The position numbers were made by a program, and so were the translations under genes. The notes below the pieces were generated by a model, which ran no database searches, was not told where the DNA came from, and saw only the letters and a program-made list of their open reading frames with translations. Positions 44,063 through 53,529 of a DNA stretch of 64,000 bases are shown here, piece by piece. The DNA comes from Planctomycetota bacterium (GTDB lineage: Bacteria > Planctomycetota > JAJSAM01 > JAJVHW01). Every line of letters starts with the position of its first letter. The stretch's first letter is position 1. The stretch lies in assembly GCA_965248445.1 (NCBI GenBank), contig CBDFJG010000003.1:1747468-1811467 (forward strand), in the 5' to 3' direction.

Positions 44063-44514
44063 GGCCGAGGAAGACGAGCGTCGGCGTTGTGGGCGTGCTC
44101 CTGCGTGCGGTCGTCGTCGTCGGGTTGGTGGCGACGGTCACTTGGCCCGAGCGCCAGCAGTCCATCGCGCTGCGTTTCCCGGACATCCAATGCGAGTCCC
44201 GCTGGTGCCCCGACCGCGACGGAGGGCCGCTCCGCGACGATGCGTGCCACCGCTCGCACTGGACGGGGCCGCACTGGGCGGTTCTTCGAGTGGAGAGCGG
44301 AGAACGCGACTGGTTCCCCGAAGGCGGCGACGCCCGTTCTCTGGCCTCGCGTCTGAGGCTGCCGGTTCAGCGGATGTACACGGTCCCTGGAAACGCCCGT
44401 CCCGGCCCGCCGCACGGGGACGACTTCTGCGACCGCGAGTACTTGGTGTGGCGACGTTCGTGGTTGACGGCGACATGGGACCCCTTCATCGCTCATCCGG
44501 TGACTTCTCGCTGA
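44063..44514 (+). pseudogene. Small membrane-anchored ORF, start possibly removed by IS66
   Basis: Frame is open from the IS66 edge: RPRKTSVGVVGVLLRAVVVVGLVATV... Confidence 0.4.
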
Positions 44515-44548
44515 GTGGCGCTTTGCCGGGCGTTGTGGCGGCTCCTAG

Positions 44549-46217
44549 CCCGAATCGTTCACCAGCCGGGAATCTGAGCGGGCCGTCGTCTGTCTAAGTG
44601 CTCGTACTCGCTAGTACTTGCACCGACAGGAGCGCCGGCCCGATGACGACAGACTGTAGCCCGCAGGGGACCCTCTTCGCGGGCATCTGTGGACGCACCG
44701 CGGTGACGCGCTTCGACGCCGGTACCGTGACGAGCGACGGGGGCGTGCTGCTGCTCGAGCGGGTCGATCGTCGCATCGATCTGCTCTCGCGGTTTGCGCG
44801 CTGCTTCGGGGACCACCGGGACCCGCGTCGGGTCGAGCACACGGTCGGCCAGATGCTGCGTCAGCGGGTCTTCGGGCTGTGCGCGGGCTACGAGGATCTG
44901 GTGGACCACGACCATGTCGGCAAGGACCCGCTGTTTGCCGCGGCGTGCGGCAAGCGCGAGGGTGCTCTGGCCACGCACCCGACGCTCTCGCGGCTCGAGA
45001 CCACGCAGCTCGGCGCCACGGCACAGACGCGCTACGCCAAGATCGAGATGGACCAGGAGCGCGTGGACAGCGTGCTCAGCGACGTCTTCTGCGAGGCCAT
45101 GGGGCCGGAGGATCCGGGCCTGCTCGTGCTGGACCTGGACCACTCCGACGTGCGGCTGCACGGCCGGCAGGAGGGCCGCTTCTTCCACGGCTACTACGGG
45201 CACTACTGCTACCTGCCGCTGTACGTCTTCTGCGGCGAGCACCTCTTGCTCGCTCGGCTCCAGACCGCTGACAGAGATCCCGCGCGCGGAGTCGTGGACG
45301 AGCTCCGTGCGCTGGTCTTACGTCTGCGGCGCCGCTGGCCCCGGGCCAAGGTGCTCGTGCGCGCAGACTCGGGCTTTTGCCGCGAGGAGCTGATGGCCTG
45401 GTGCGAGGCCGCCGGCCACTTCTACCTGCTGGGCATGGCGCGCAATGAGCGCCTTGAGCGACACGTCGAAGACGCGCTCGATGAGGCCGCAGCCCGTGCC
45501 GTGCAGACCGGCCGAGCAGCCCGGGTCTTTCGCGACTTTGCCTGGACCACGCTGGGGAGCTGGAGCCAGAGGCGTCGCGTGGTCGCCAAGGCCGAGCACC
45601 TGCCGGGCGGCAAGCGCAATCCCCGCTTCGTGGTGACCAATCTGCCGCCTCGTAGCTGGAGCAGCAAGCGTCTCTACGAGCAGCTCTACTGCGCCCGGGG
45701 CGAGGCGGAGAATCGCATCAAGGAGCAGCAGCTCGAGCTCTTCGGCACCCGTCTGTCGGTGCACACGATGCAGGGCAACGCCGTGCGGATGGCCATGTCG
45801 GCCATGGCCTACGTCCTGACCTGTGCGCTGCGACGCATCGGTCTCGCCGGCACCGAGATGGCGCGTGCGCAAGCCGGCACGATCCGCCTGCGGCTGCTCA
45901 AGATCGGCGCGCTCGTGCGGATCACGACGCGCCGGATCTGGGTCTCGATGTCCTCGTCGTGGCCCTGGCAGCACGTCTTCGAGCGCTGCGCGCAACGACT
46001 GCTGGCATCCCCGAAGCCGACCTGACGTCCCGCCGCGCCGTCCGCCACACCACCGCCCGGCCTACGGTCTGCCCACACCGCAGAATCCGCGCCGTTTCGG
46101 CCGCTCACTCGCGTTGCCCTTGTGGCAACGACGACAGCATCCGCCCTCGCCTGGCCAAGATCTGACCCTGTGGACTCCGAAAGCACCGTCATCGCGACGT
46201 CTCGTGAACAGATGCGG
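44549..46217 (+). mobile_element. IS1380-family element, copy A2 (complete)
   Basis: Termini CCCGAATCGTTCAC / GTGAACAGATGCGG; flanks CTAG (left) and CTAA (right). Confidence 0.92.
44643..46025 (+). CDS. IS1380-family DDE transposase
   Basis: FDAGTVTSDGG, RADSGF, RGEAENRIKE; AGGAG RBS. Confidence 0.95.
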   Translation: MTTDCSPQGTLFAGICGRTAVTRFDAGTVTSDGGVLLLERVDRRIDLLSRFARCFGDHRDPRRVEHTVGQMLRQRVFGLCAGYEDLVDHDHVGKDPLFAAACGKREGALATHPTLSRLETTQLGATAQTRYAKIEMDQERVDSVLSDVFCEAMGPEDPGLLVLDLDHSDVRLHGRQEGRFFHGYYGHYCYLPLYVFCGEHLLLARLQTADRDPARGVVDELRALVLRLRRRWPRAKVLVRADSGFCREELMAWCEAAGHFYLLGMARNERLERHVEDALDEAAARAVQTGRAARVFRDFAWTTLGSWSQRRRVVAKAEHLPGGKRNPRFVVTNLPPRSWSSKRLYEQLYCARGEAENRIKEQQLELFGTRLSVHTMQGNAVRMAMSAMAYVLTCALRRIGLAGTEMARAQAGTIRLRLLKIGALVRITTRRIWVSMSSSWPWQHVFERCAQRLLASPKPT

Positions 46218-46302
46218 CTAACTGGCGCTCTGCGAGGCAGTTGGGAGCATCGAAGGATTTCGGGGATTCCGAGATCCCGCCAGCGACATGTCGCGCTGAG
46301 GG

Positions 46303-47328
46303 CTACGTGCAGAGGACGAGCACGGTGCGCCAGCCCTTGTCGGCGGGGCAGTACTCGACGGGCGCGCCGTCCTCGATCCCGAAGACTCCGCGTAGGTCGG
46401 CGACAAGTCGCTCGCAGCGCTTCTTGAGCCGCCGCGACGCGCCACGGTTGCCCCAGTCGAGCCAGCCGTGGGACTCGGCCAGGAGGTGCAGCAGCTTCCA
46501 CTGCTCCGTCGGCGCCGCGGTGCGCCCATCGGCCATGCCCATCTGCGCGTACGTGTAGCGGCCGTGCTCGGTGCCGACGCGGACCGCCACCGTCTGGGTA
46601 TCGAGGAAGCAGATCTCGACGTCACGCCAGGTTGCGCCCGCCGGCGTCGGAAACCGCGCGGGCGGCTCTGTGCGGCGACTGCGCGAGCTCTCTCCGAGAG
46701 CGGCCGCCAGAACCTCGAGGTCGAGGGCGCCGGGTCCGCCCTCACCACTCAGCACGCTGGACAGAGCCAGGAACCGGGGCGCGGGATCTCCCCACTCCGA
46801 CTCCCTCGGGAGGATGCCGGCGACCAGGACAACCGGGCTGATCGCGGCAGCAATCCGCGCGCAGTTCCGCACGGCGTCGCGGCCATCGGGCCACGCGAGC
46901 CGCCTGGCGAGAAGCACCTCGTGCGGCTGACGGCCCACACGAACGCGGCCGAGAAGCCACAGCCGCCCCGTGACGAGTTCCTCGACGCGCGCCCCCGATC
47001 CGAGGCCCTCGGCAAGCCACTCGGCCACGCGCAGCAGATCGACCTCCCACTGGGCGATCCGTTCGGGCTCGACCGGCAGCACGCCGAATTCGCTGCAGTG
47101 CGTGTAGGGCAGCGCCGGCGCCTCGGCCGTCCCCCGGGCCCACACCACGTCCTCCTCCTCGCCGCAGGACGCGCACTCGACCCAGCTCGCGTTCTCGGTA
47201 CGCCGCAGCAGTCCGGCATCGACCAGGCGAGACCACCTGCTCCCCTCGATCCGCTGACTCTCCGCGAACGAGAGTCGCGGATGCGCGATGTCCGCCCGCC
47301 GCTCGATCTCGCCGAACGCCTCACGCAC
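46303..47328 (-). CDS. Hypothetical protein with CxxC region and possible C-terminal winged helix
   Basis: GTG overlaps upstream stop; VECASC...THC; C-terminal QWKLLHLLAE...RLVADLRGVFG...KGWR. Confidence 0.7.
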   Translation of the reverse strand: MREAFGEIERRADIAHPRLSFAESQRIEGSRWSRLVDAGLLRRTENASWVECASCGEEEDVVWARGTAEAPALPYTHCSEFGVLPVEPERIAQWEVDLLRVAEWLAEGLGSGARVEELVTGRLWLLGRVRVGRQPHEVLLARRLAWPDGRDAVRNCARIAAAISPVVLVAGILPRESEWGDPAPRFLALSSVLSGEGGPGALDLEVLAAALGESSRSRRTEPPARFPTPAGATWRDVEICFLDTQTVAVRVGTEHGRYTYAQMGMADGRTAAPTEQWKLLHLLAESHGWLDWGNRGASRRLKKRCERLVADLRGVFGIEDGAPVEYCPADKGWRTVLVLCT

Positions 47329-48478
47329 AGGCGAACTCCCAGCGCCGAAGACAGCGCCTGGCGACCAGGTGCTCGGGTGCGTCGCGCAGGTTGCAGGAGT
47401 CGGCCCGGAGGTTGAACGTGAGCGTGCGCGGGCCCTTCGCCCAGGCGAAGACCAGTTGCAGCGTGGCGACATCGACGTCGACGTTCGACAGCGGCAGACG
47501 CTCGCCGTCGAGCGTGCGCTCCATCAGGTCGTAGACGTCGGTGCGCTGGCGGATCGGCCCGGCGTCGAAGGTGAGTCGTCCGCCGCCGAGTATCCGCAGC
47601 CGGAGCGCCTTCACGCGGACCTCCTGGATCTGGTCCGCAGGGTCGACGGGGAACGGGAAGCCGCGTCTCTTGAGCCGGTCAATCCGGTACGGGCTGGGCG
47701 GGAGCGTCTCGGGCGGCAGGTCCGCTCCGAGCACGACGCGCGAGTAGATCTTCTGCAGGTCCTCGTGCATGCGCCGGTCCCCGCGCGCATGGAGATCGAG
47801 CGTGCCGGCCGCGGGATCGAAGGCGTAGACCACCTCGAAGACCGGGCGCTGACTGCGTGAGCGCAGGGCCCCCTCCTCGTAGCCGAGAACGGACTCGGGC
47901 ACGTCCTGCGGGTAGGCCAGGAACCAGTGCTTTCCGGCGCGGTGGTAGCAGTGCACGTCGCAGTACTCGCCGCCGCCCTGGCGTTCCCGGAAGTAGGCCG
48001 AGAGCGCCTCGCCGAGCGCGGATCGCGTCGCCGACGACTCGTCCGGCAACCGCGTGACGAGACCGCCCCGTGTGCGCCAGTACCGACCGTGCAGGTGGTC
48101 CACGTGGTGGAGCTGGCGCGCAGCGTCGAAGACGTCGGGGTGCACCACGAACACCCAGAAGGCGCGGTGCCACAATCCGCTCAGCCGGTCGATGTCCCGC
48201 GTGATGTCGATCCCGCGCAGCCGGGCCTGCTCGACCAGCAGCGCCAGCCCCTCACGGGTACCGAGCTCGGCGACGGCGCGCAGCTCGCTCTCGCTCTCTT
48301 CCCGAGACCCTTCGGGAAGGGCGCACCACGCCTCGAAGGCGGGATCGCAGTTGCCAAGCGTGAAGCGGCGCCAGGGGAAGTCGGTCAGCTCACCGCGGCG
48401 AGCGAAGTACGTCCTGAGAAGTTCATTGGAGACCTGGAGGAAGAAGACGGGAGGAGAGAAACGAACGGGCACAACCAC
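47321..48478 (-). CDS. Hypothetical protein of the mobile element
   Basis: 385-aa GC3-rich ORF translationally coupled to the downstream gene. Confidence 0.75.
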   Translation of the reverse strand: MVVPVRFSPPVFFLQVSNELLRTYFARRGELTDFPWRRFTLGNCDPAFEAWCALPEGSREESESELRAVAELGTREGLALLVEQARLRGIDITRDIDRLSGLWHRAFWVFVVHPDVFDAARQLHHVDHLHGRYWRTRGGLVTRLPDESSATRSALGEALSAYFRERQGGGEYCDVHCYHRAGKHWFLAYPQDVPESVLGYEEGALRSRSQRPVFEVVYAFDPAAGTLDLHARGDRRMHEDLQKIYSRVVLGADLPPETLPPSPYRIDRLKRRGFPFPVDPADQIQEVRVKALRLRILGGGRLTFDAGPIRQRTDVYDLMERTLDGERLPLSNVDVDVATLQLVFAWAKGPRTLTFNLRADSCNLRDAPEHLVARRCLRRWEFACA

Positions 48479-48659
48479 GACCTCGAGCGCGCGGAATTCG
48501 GTCGCGGTCGGGCACGGTCCTCGTATCGACGCACCGTCCTTCGACCACGGCAGCGCCCTGCCGTGGGAGGTCTGGATCGCGGCCCGAGAGGGGGGCCATC
48601 TTGTGCTTCACGTCGTCGAGGTCTTCCATCCGTGCCGCGTAGGGGTTCGCGGCCGAGCG

Positions 48660-48774
48660 GGAGGAGGCTACGGCAGGGTGGCGACAGGGGCTCGGGTGCG
48701 AGCCGTCGCGAGCGTGTGCCGTGGTCGCGTGACGGGTTGCCGCCGCTCGTCGGCTGCAGCGGCTTGTCAGGAGG
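48660..48774 (-). other. attC-like site downstream of cassette gene (left arm clear, right arm degenerate)
   Basis: Minus strand CCTCCTGAC-AAGCCGCTGCAGCCGACGAGC; gene stop lies inside the inverse core; distal boundary approximate. Confidence 0.6.
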
Positions 48775-49237
48775 CCGACTGTTGCGAGCCGAACTCCGCG
48801 TTCCAGGCATCCATGACCAAGGCAGCGAACTTGAGAACGTTCAGTGAGTCACCGAAGCGATCCCTGGCATCGCCGTCAAGCTCGATGCTCAGCCACTCCG
48901 CCCAGACGCCCTCTGCCCAAACCCCCGGGGCCCAGACTCCCGAAGCCCAGGCACCGCCCCGTCCGCTATCCGCAACGGAGTCGTGGCGCGAGGATGACGG
49001 CTCGAAGTGCTTGGCGCCAACCGCGAGATGTTCGCAGACCCGGAGAATGGGATGGCGACGACACACCTCAGCTCGATCCTCGGGCGCGCGAAACCTCCAC
49101 TCGCGCAGGTGCCACGCGGTGACTACGAAGTTGAATGCGCGGCAGGAGTCGAGTGGCGACGCTTCAAGCGCGGCGTGATCCAGCTTGAGCTTCTCGAACA
49201 GGTCGCGCGCGGTCTTGAGTTCGAAAACACCGGCCAT
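48767..49237 (-). CDS. Cassette-borne hypothetical protein, possibly HEPN-like
   Basis: AFNFVVTAWHLREW...CEHLAVGAKH; GVWA repeats; flanked by attC-like arms. Confidence 0.75.
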   Translation of the reverse strand: MAGVFELKTARDLFEKLKLDHAALEASPLDSCRAFNFVVTAWHLREWRFRAPEDRAEVCRRHPILRVCEHLAVGAKHFEPSSSRHDSVADSGRGGAWASGVWAPGVWAEGVWAEWLSIELDGDARDRFGDSLNVLKFAALVMDAWNAEFGSQQSAS

Positions 49238-49254
49238 TCTGAGCGTCCGCCAGG

Positions 49255-49292
49255 CCTCCCAACGTATTGCCGCTCAGCCGCGAGCAGCGGCC
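49255..49292 (-). other. attC-like right arm upstream of cassette gene
   Basis: Minus strand GCTCGCGGCTGAGCGGCAATAC-GTTGGGAGG; core complementary to the downstream inverse core. Confidence 0.65.
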
Positions 49293-49353
49293 ACGAGTGT
49301 ACCGACCGCGACCTTCGGGAACCGGGGGGCGGCGCGGTCGAGCCGCCCAATCT

Positions 49354-49721
49354 GCGGGATGTGCGCGGGATGTCAGGGAGCACATCCCGCAGAGTTCTCC
49401 GCAACGGAAGTCCTTGTGGAGAAGCTACTTAGCTCCACGTCCTGGATGTTGCGGGATACTTCTCTAACCCTTCGCAGGTGTGTGCGCGCGCGCAGTAGCA
49501 ATCAAGAAGATCTCTTACGCGCGCTCGCACACGCTTACGCGCACACGCTTACGCGCGCACGCACATGCGGGCACGCACCTGCGGGGTAGCGCCAAAACTC
49601 CCCGCAATCCCCCGCAACAATCCGCAAGTCCTTGCAGTATAGGCACTTGCGTCGCGGGTAGTGCTCTGCGGCATCCCGCACGACTCTCCGCATCGCGGGC
49701 GCGACATCCCGCACGTCCCGC
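49354..49721. repeat. Large imperfect palindrome with GCGGGA/TCCCGC repeats; putative replication origin
   Basis: Outer arms GCGGGATGTGCGCGGGATGTC / GACATCCCGCACGTCCCGC; inner CGCAGGTG / CACCTGCG; central 2x CACACGCTTACGCG. Confidence 0.7.
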
Positions 49722-49760
49722 CCACCGCCACTTCGCCGGCGTTCTCGGTAGGACACCAGT

Positions 49761-50126
49761 ATGGGCACCTGCGTTTCTGCCGGCGCGGCGGTGTGGGTCG
49801 CGACCGACCTCGACATCATCGAATCCCGCCCCCCGTACGTCCTCGCAGACGACGTCGTGGTCAGCGGCGTGTGTTACCGGCGGCTCGATCCGCCGTACTA
49901 CGCCTGGCTTCGCCGCAACGTGGCGCGAGCCAGAGAGCAGTTCGACGCGGGGCGCCTCCCGCAGGACCGGTTCGAGGAGATCCGGCGACGCTTCGCGCAG
50001 GTCCACGCGCTCGCACTCCCCTTCCTCGGCGAAGACGCGCTTCGAGAAGCCGCGCGCACATTCGATTCCGCCAACTACGCGCCGCCGCGGATCGGCGTCG
50101 ACGGGCTTCCTGTGTGGGATGGGTGA
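49761..50126 (+). CDS. Phage hypothetical protein
   Basis: Protein-like ORF (YRRLDPPYYAWLR); first gene of + strand operon. Confidence 0.65.
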   Translation: MGTCVSAGAAVWVATDLDIIESRPPYVLADDVVVSGVCYRRLDPPYYAWLRRNVARAREQFDAGRLPQDRFEEIRRRFAQVHALALPFLGEDALREAARTFDSANYAPPRIGVDGLPVWDG

Positions 50127-50575
50127 GCAGGTCCTGGCCCTGCATCGCGTGGAACCGCGAGGCGCAGCACTGCCTCGCCGGGCTACTTCACGGCGTGGCC
50201 TGTTGTCCGCACGGGGACTGCGCGCTCTGCGAGGAACAGCAGGAACGCATGCGCCGGATGGGCTGCCCGGAGATCGCCGTCGCCCGCAGTTGGCTCCGCT
50301 CCCGTCTGCCGCTGATCGACGTGTGTCCGGTGTGCGGTTTCCCGCCGCCGCCACCCATGCAGATCATCCCTCCGCTTCCGCGCCTCGACCGCTCGGATCG
50401 CGTGCTGAGCGGATCGCCCTCGTGCAAGGTCTGCGGCTGCTTCATCCGGCCGCCCAAGCGCTTCTACTGCAGCGCCGAGTGCTGGCTCGAGCACCGCGCG
50501 CAGACGGAGGGCTGGCGTGCCGGGGGTGTGCGCCGCTCGCCTCGGCACGCCCCACGCCACGCCCGCATGCGCTGA
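50123..50575 (+). CDS. Cys-rich Zn-finger-like protein
   Basis: GTGA overlap; CALC, CPVC, CKVC...YCSAEC. Confidence 0.55.
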   Translation: MSRSWPCIAWNREAQHCLAGLLHGVACCPHGDCALCEEQQERMRRMGCPEIAVARSWLRSRLPLIDVCPVCGFPPPPPMQIIPPLPRLDRSDRVLSGSPSCKVCGCFIRPPKRFYCSAECWLEHRAQTEGWRAGGVRRSPRHAPRHARMR

Positions 50576-50745
50576 CGCCGGGCCGAGTGGCACGACACTC
50601 CGTGCGGCCGCACTTTGGGGGCGTGCCACACCGACCTCCCCGCGGCTGCGCCCACACCGGTTGTCCTGCTCTCGTGCGGGGCGGGGCGCGCTGCCCTGAG
50701 CACGCGCACCGGCACCTGCGAGCGCGGCGGGCTGAGATCGACTCG

Positions 50746-51000
50746 ATGCGGCCCTCCGGCTCGAAGCGCTACCCGAGGTCGTGGAGTGGCAAGGGCGGCA
50801 TCCGCGAATGGCACCTCAGGCGGCACCCGGCGTGCGAGGTCTGCGGCACCAACGAGCACCTCCAGGTCGATCACATCGACGGCAACCGGGAGAACCACGC
50901 ACCGTCGAACCTCTGCACGCTCTGCCGCTCCTGCCATGGCCGCAAAACCGTGCGCGAGAACGGCGGGTTCGGTCGCAAGCGGCGAAGGGTCCTCCGATGA
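50746..51000 (+). CDS. Phage HNH endonuclease
   Basis: CEVC...VDHIDG...NLCTLCRSCHGRKT. Confidence 0.9.
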   Translation: MRPSGSKRYPRSWSGKGGIREWHLRRHPACEVCGTNEHLQVDHIDGNRENHAPSNLCTLCRSCHGRKTVRENGGFGRKRRRVLR

Positions 51001-52136
51001 CCCGCTACGCCGTCGCGCTGACCGACCTCGACCTGGCCTGGCGGACTCCGGCGGGCTCCGCCGTCCTGGAGGCGGCGCTCTGCGGGGACGACGAACCCGA
51101 GACCGTCAACGCCGAGCCGGGCGTCGAGGCGTCGGTGCTCGCCGGTCCCGAGGAGATCGCCGAGTCCGTCGCGAGCGGACTCCTCTCATTCGACCTGCCG
51201 ATCTCGCCGCCGCGGTGCTCCCGCGTCTACGCGAAGGCCAAGGGCGAGCCCAAGTGGACGCGGCTCCGTCGAGCAGACGACGTTCCCTACGTTCTTCGCG
51301 AGGCAACCGCCGCCACCGGGTCGCCCCGCATCGACCCCGAACTCGTCGAACTCGGTGCGCCGATGGACGACGCCACGCGCGCGGCGCTGCGTGAGTCGCT
51401 CCGCACCGAGGGCTGCCGCGACGCGCTGGTGGTGTGGCAGGAGCAGGACGTCCTGCTCGACGGCCACAACCGGCTGGCGATCTGTCGCGAGGACGGCATC
51501 GCGTTCCAGGTCACGAAGCTCTCCTTCCCCGACCGCGCGGCGGCGGTTGCGTGGTTCGTCACGGCGCAGCGGACCCGGCGCTCGCTCACGTCGCACTGGG
51601 CGATGTACTACCTCGGGCGGCAGTACAGCGCGGAGAAGCGGGAGCACGGCCGGCGAGGGAAGACTGGTCAAAGTGACCAGTCTTCGGTGCGCCTCGCTTC
51701 CGCTGCTGGCGTCGGCGAGAAGACCGTCCGTCGCGCCGCCGCGTTCGCCGAGGCGGTGGATGCCCTGGAGCGCGCCGTCCCCCACGCGCGCCGCGCGGTG
51801 CTGAACCGCCAGATCAAGCTCTCGCGCCAACAGATCGAGCAGGCGCTCGAACTCGGCGCAGAGACCCTCGCAGAACTCCGCGAGCTGACCGAGCCCGGCG
51901 AGCGCGACTACCTGGCCGAGGTGCTGCGCTCGGCCAAGAAGCTGCGTGACGCCATCGACGCCTACCGCGTTCGCGGCGTGCGTCCCGAGGATCGCGACCG
52001 CGTCGCGCAGTCCAAGCCCGCCGCTCGCGCCGCACTCCACGAGCTCCCGCTCCTCTTCGCCGCCTTCGGTTCCGACATCGGGCTCGCCGGGGAGGTGTCG
52101 GAACTCGCCTCGGCCGAGGCCCTCTCCCATGGCTGA
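50997..52136 (+). CDS. ParB-N-like domain protein
   Basis: ATGA overlap; EGCRDALVVW...LLDGHNRLAIC...RRSLT; later HTH-like GVGEKTVRR. Confidence 0.8.
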   Translation: MTRYAVALTDLDLAWRTPAGSAVLEAALCGDDEPETVNAEPGVEASVLAGPEEIAESVASGLLSFDLPISPPRCSRVYAKAKGEPKWTRLRRADDVPYVLREATAATGSPRIDPELVELGAPMDDATRAALRESLRTEGCRDALVVWQEQDVLLDGHNRLAICREDGIAFQVTKLSFPDRAAAVAWFVTAQRTRRSLTSHWAMYYLGRQYSAEKREHGRRGKTGQSDQSSVRLASAAGVGEKTVRRAAAFAEAVDALERAVPHARRAVLNRQIKLSRQQIEQALELGAETLAELRELTEPGERDYLAEVLRSAKKLRDAIDAYRVRGVRPEDRDRVAQSKPAARAALHELPLLFAAFGSDIGLAGEVSELASAEALSHG

Positions 52137-53529
52137 CGAGGTGGCAGGGGAGGGGCGGGATCGAACGAGCCAGCCTCGGCCGAAAGGACCGGCGGGAAAA
52201 TCTCGCGTGCGCGTCCGCGAAACAAGAGCAAGGGGGGATCCCCCCGATTCGGCGTCTGCCGAGACTCCGGGCTGGCGCTCTCGCATCGTCGGACGCGGCG
52301 ACGTCTCGCCCGAGGAGATCACCGCGAACCCGAAGAACTGGCGCAAGCATCCGCCGGCGCAGCGTGACGCTCTCGGCGGGCTTCTCGACCAGGTCGGCTG
52401 GGTCCAGGACGTGGTCGTCAACCGCCGCACCGGACATCTGGTGGACGGTCACCTGCGCGTGGATCTCGCGCGGTCCCGGGGCGAGGCGACCGTGCCCGTC
52501 ATCTACGTGGACCTGTCCGAAGAGGAAGAGGCGCTGGTCCTCGCGTCCCTCGACCCGCTCGCTGCGATGGCGACGGCCGACCCGGAGAAGCTCTCGGGAC
52601 TTCTCGGCGAGGCCGAAGCGAACGACGCCGCGCTGCGTTCCATGCTCACGAAGCTCGGCTCGCGCGCGGGCGCCGCGGCCCGCGGCAACTCGGACCCCGA
52701 CGCCGTGCCCGAGCCGCCCGAGGAGCCAGTCACCCAGCCGGGAGACCTGTGGCTGCTCGGCGAGCACCGTCTGCTCTGCGGCAGTTCGCTGGACGAGGCA
52801 GACGTCGCGCGGCTGCTCGACGGCGCGACGCCGGGCCTCTTGGTCACCGACCCGCCCTACGGCGTCGAGCTCGACATGGAGTGGCGCGATCGCGCGGGCA
52901 AGAACGCGCTCGGTCCCGCGCAGGCGTCCTACATGCAGCGCCGCGACGGGCACCAGAACACGACCATCTCCGGCGACACCAAGGCCGACTGGTCCGACGC
53001 GTTCGAGCTCGCGCCGAGCGTTCGCGTCGCCTACGTCTGGCACGCCTCGTCGTTCACTGTGGACGTCGGCCAGGGGCTGCGCCGCATCGGGCTCGAGCTC
53101 CGGCAGATGGTCATCTGGCGCAAGCCGCACTTCGTCCTGAGTCGGACCCACTACCACTACCAGACCGAGCCCTGCTGGTACGCCGTGCGCAAGGGCGAGT
53201 CGGCGCGGTGGATCGGCACCCGCGACCAGTCGAACCTGTGGGACGTCGCGTCTCCCAAGCAGCTCATGGCCGGGAGCAAGGAGGAGAAGTTCGACCACCC
53301 GACGCAGAAGCCGCTGCTCTGCATGGAGCGCCCCGTCGCGAACCACGACTTCCCCGAGGTCTACGAGCCCTTCTGCGGATCGGGCACCACGCTCATCGCA
53401 TGCGAGCGGCAGCGCCGGCGGTGCTTCGCGATGGAGATCGACCCGAAGTACTGCGACGTGGTCGTGCGCCGGTGGGAGGCCTTCACCGGCAAGACCGCCG
53501 AGCGTGTCACTGCTGAGGTCGCGGCATGA
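52129..53529 (+). CDS. Phage DNA methyltransferase (N6A/N4C, beta class) with ParB-like N-terminus
   Basis: VDGHLR, TDPPYG, HPTQKP, EPFCGSGTT, EIDPKY; start uncertain. Confidence 0.92.
   Translation: MADEVAGEGRDRTSQPRPKGPAGKSRVRVRETRARGDPPDSASAETPGWRSRIVGRGDVSPEEITANPKNWRKHPPAQRDALGGLLDQVGWVQDVVVNRRTGHLVDGHLRVDLARSRGEATVPVIYVDLSEEEEALVLASLDPLAAMATADPEKLSGLLGEAEANDAALRSMLTKLGSRAGAAARGNSDPDAVPEPPEEPVTQPGDLWLLGEHRLLCGSSLDEADVARLLDGATPGLLVTDPPYGVELDMEWRDRAGKNALGPAQASYMQRRDGHQNTTISGDTKADWSDAFELAPSVRVAYVWHASSFTVDVGQGLRRIGLELRQMVIWRKPHFVLSRTHYHYQTEPCWYAVRKGESARWIGTRDQSNLWDVASPKQLMAGSKEEKFDHPTQKPLLCMERPVANHDFPEVYEPFCGSGTTLIACERQRRRCFAMEIDPKYCDVVVRRWEAFTGKTAERVTAEVAA
52147..52245. other. Candidate cos/packaging site
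   Basis: G-run...GACCG...AAAATCTCGCG...GCGAAA...GGGGGGATCCCCCC between HNH and terS; resemblance judged by eye only. Confidence 0.4.
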
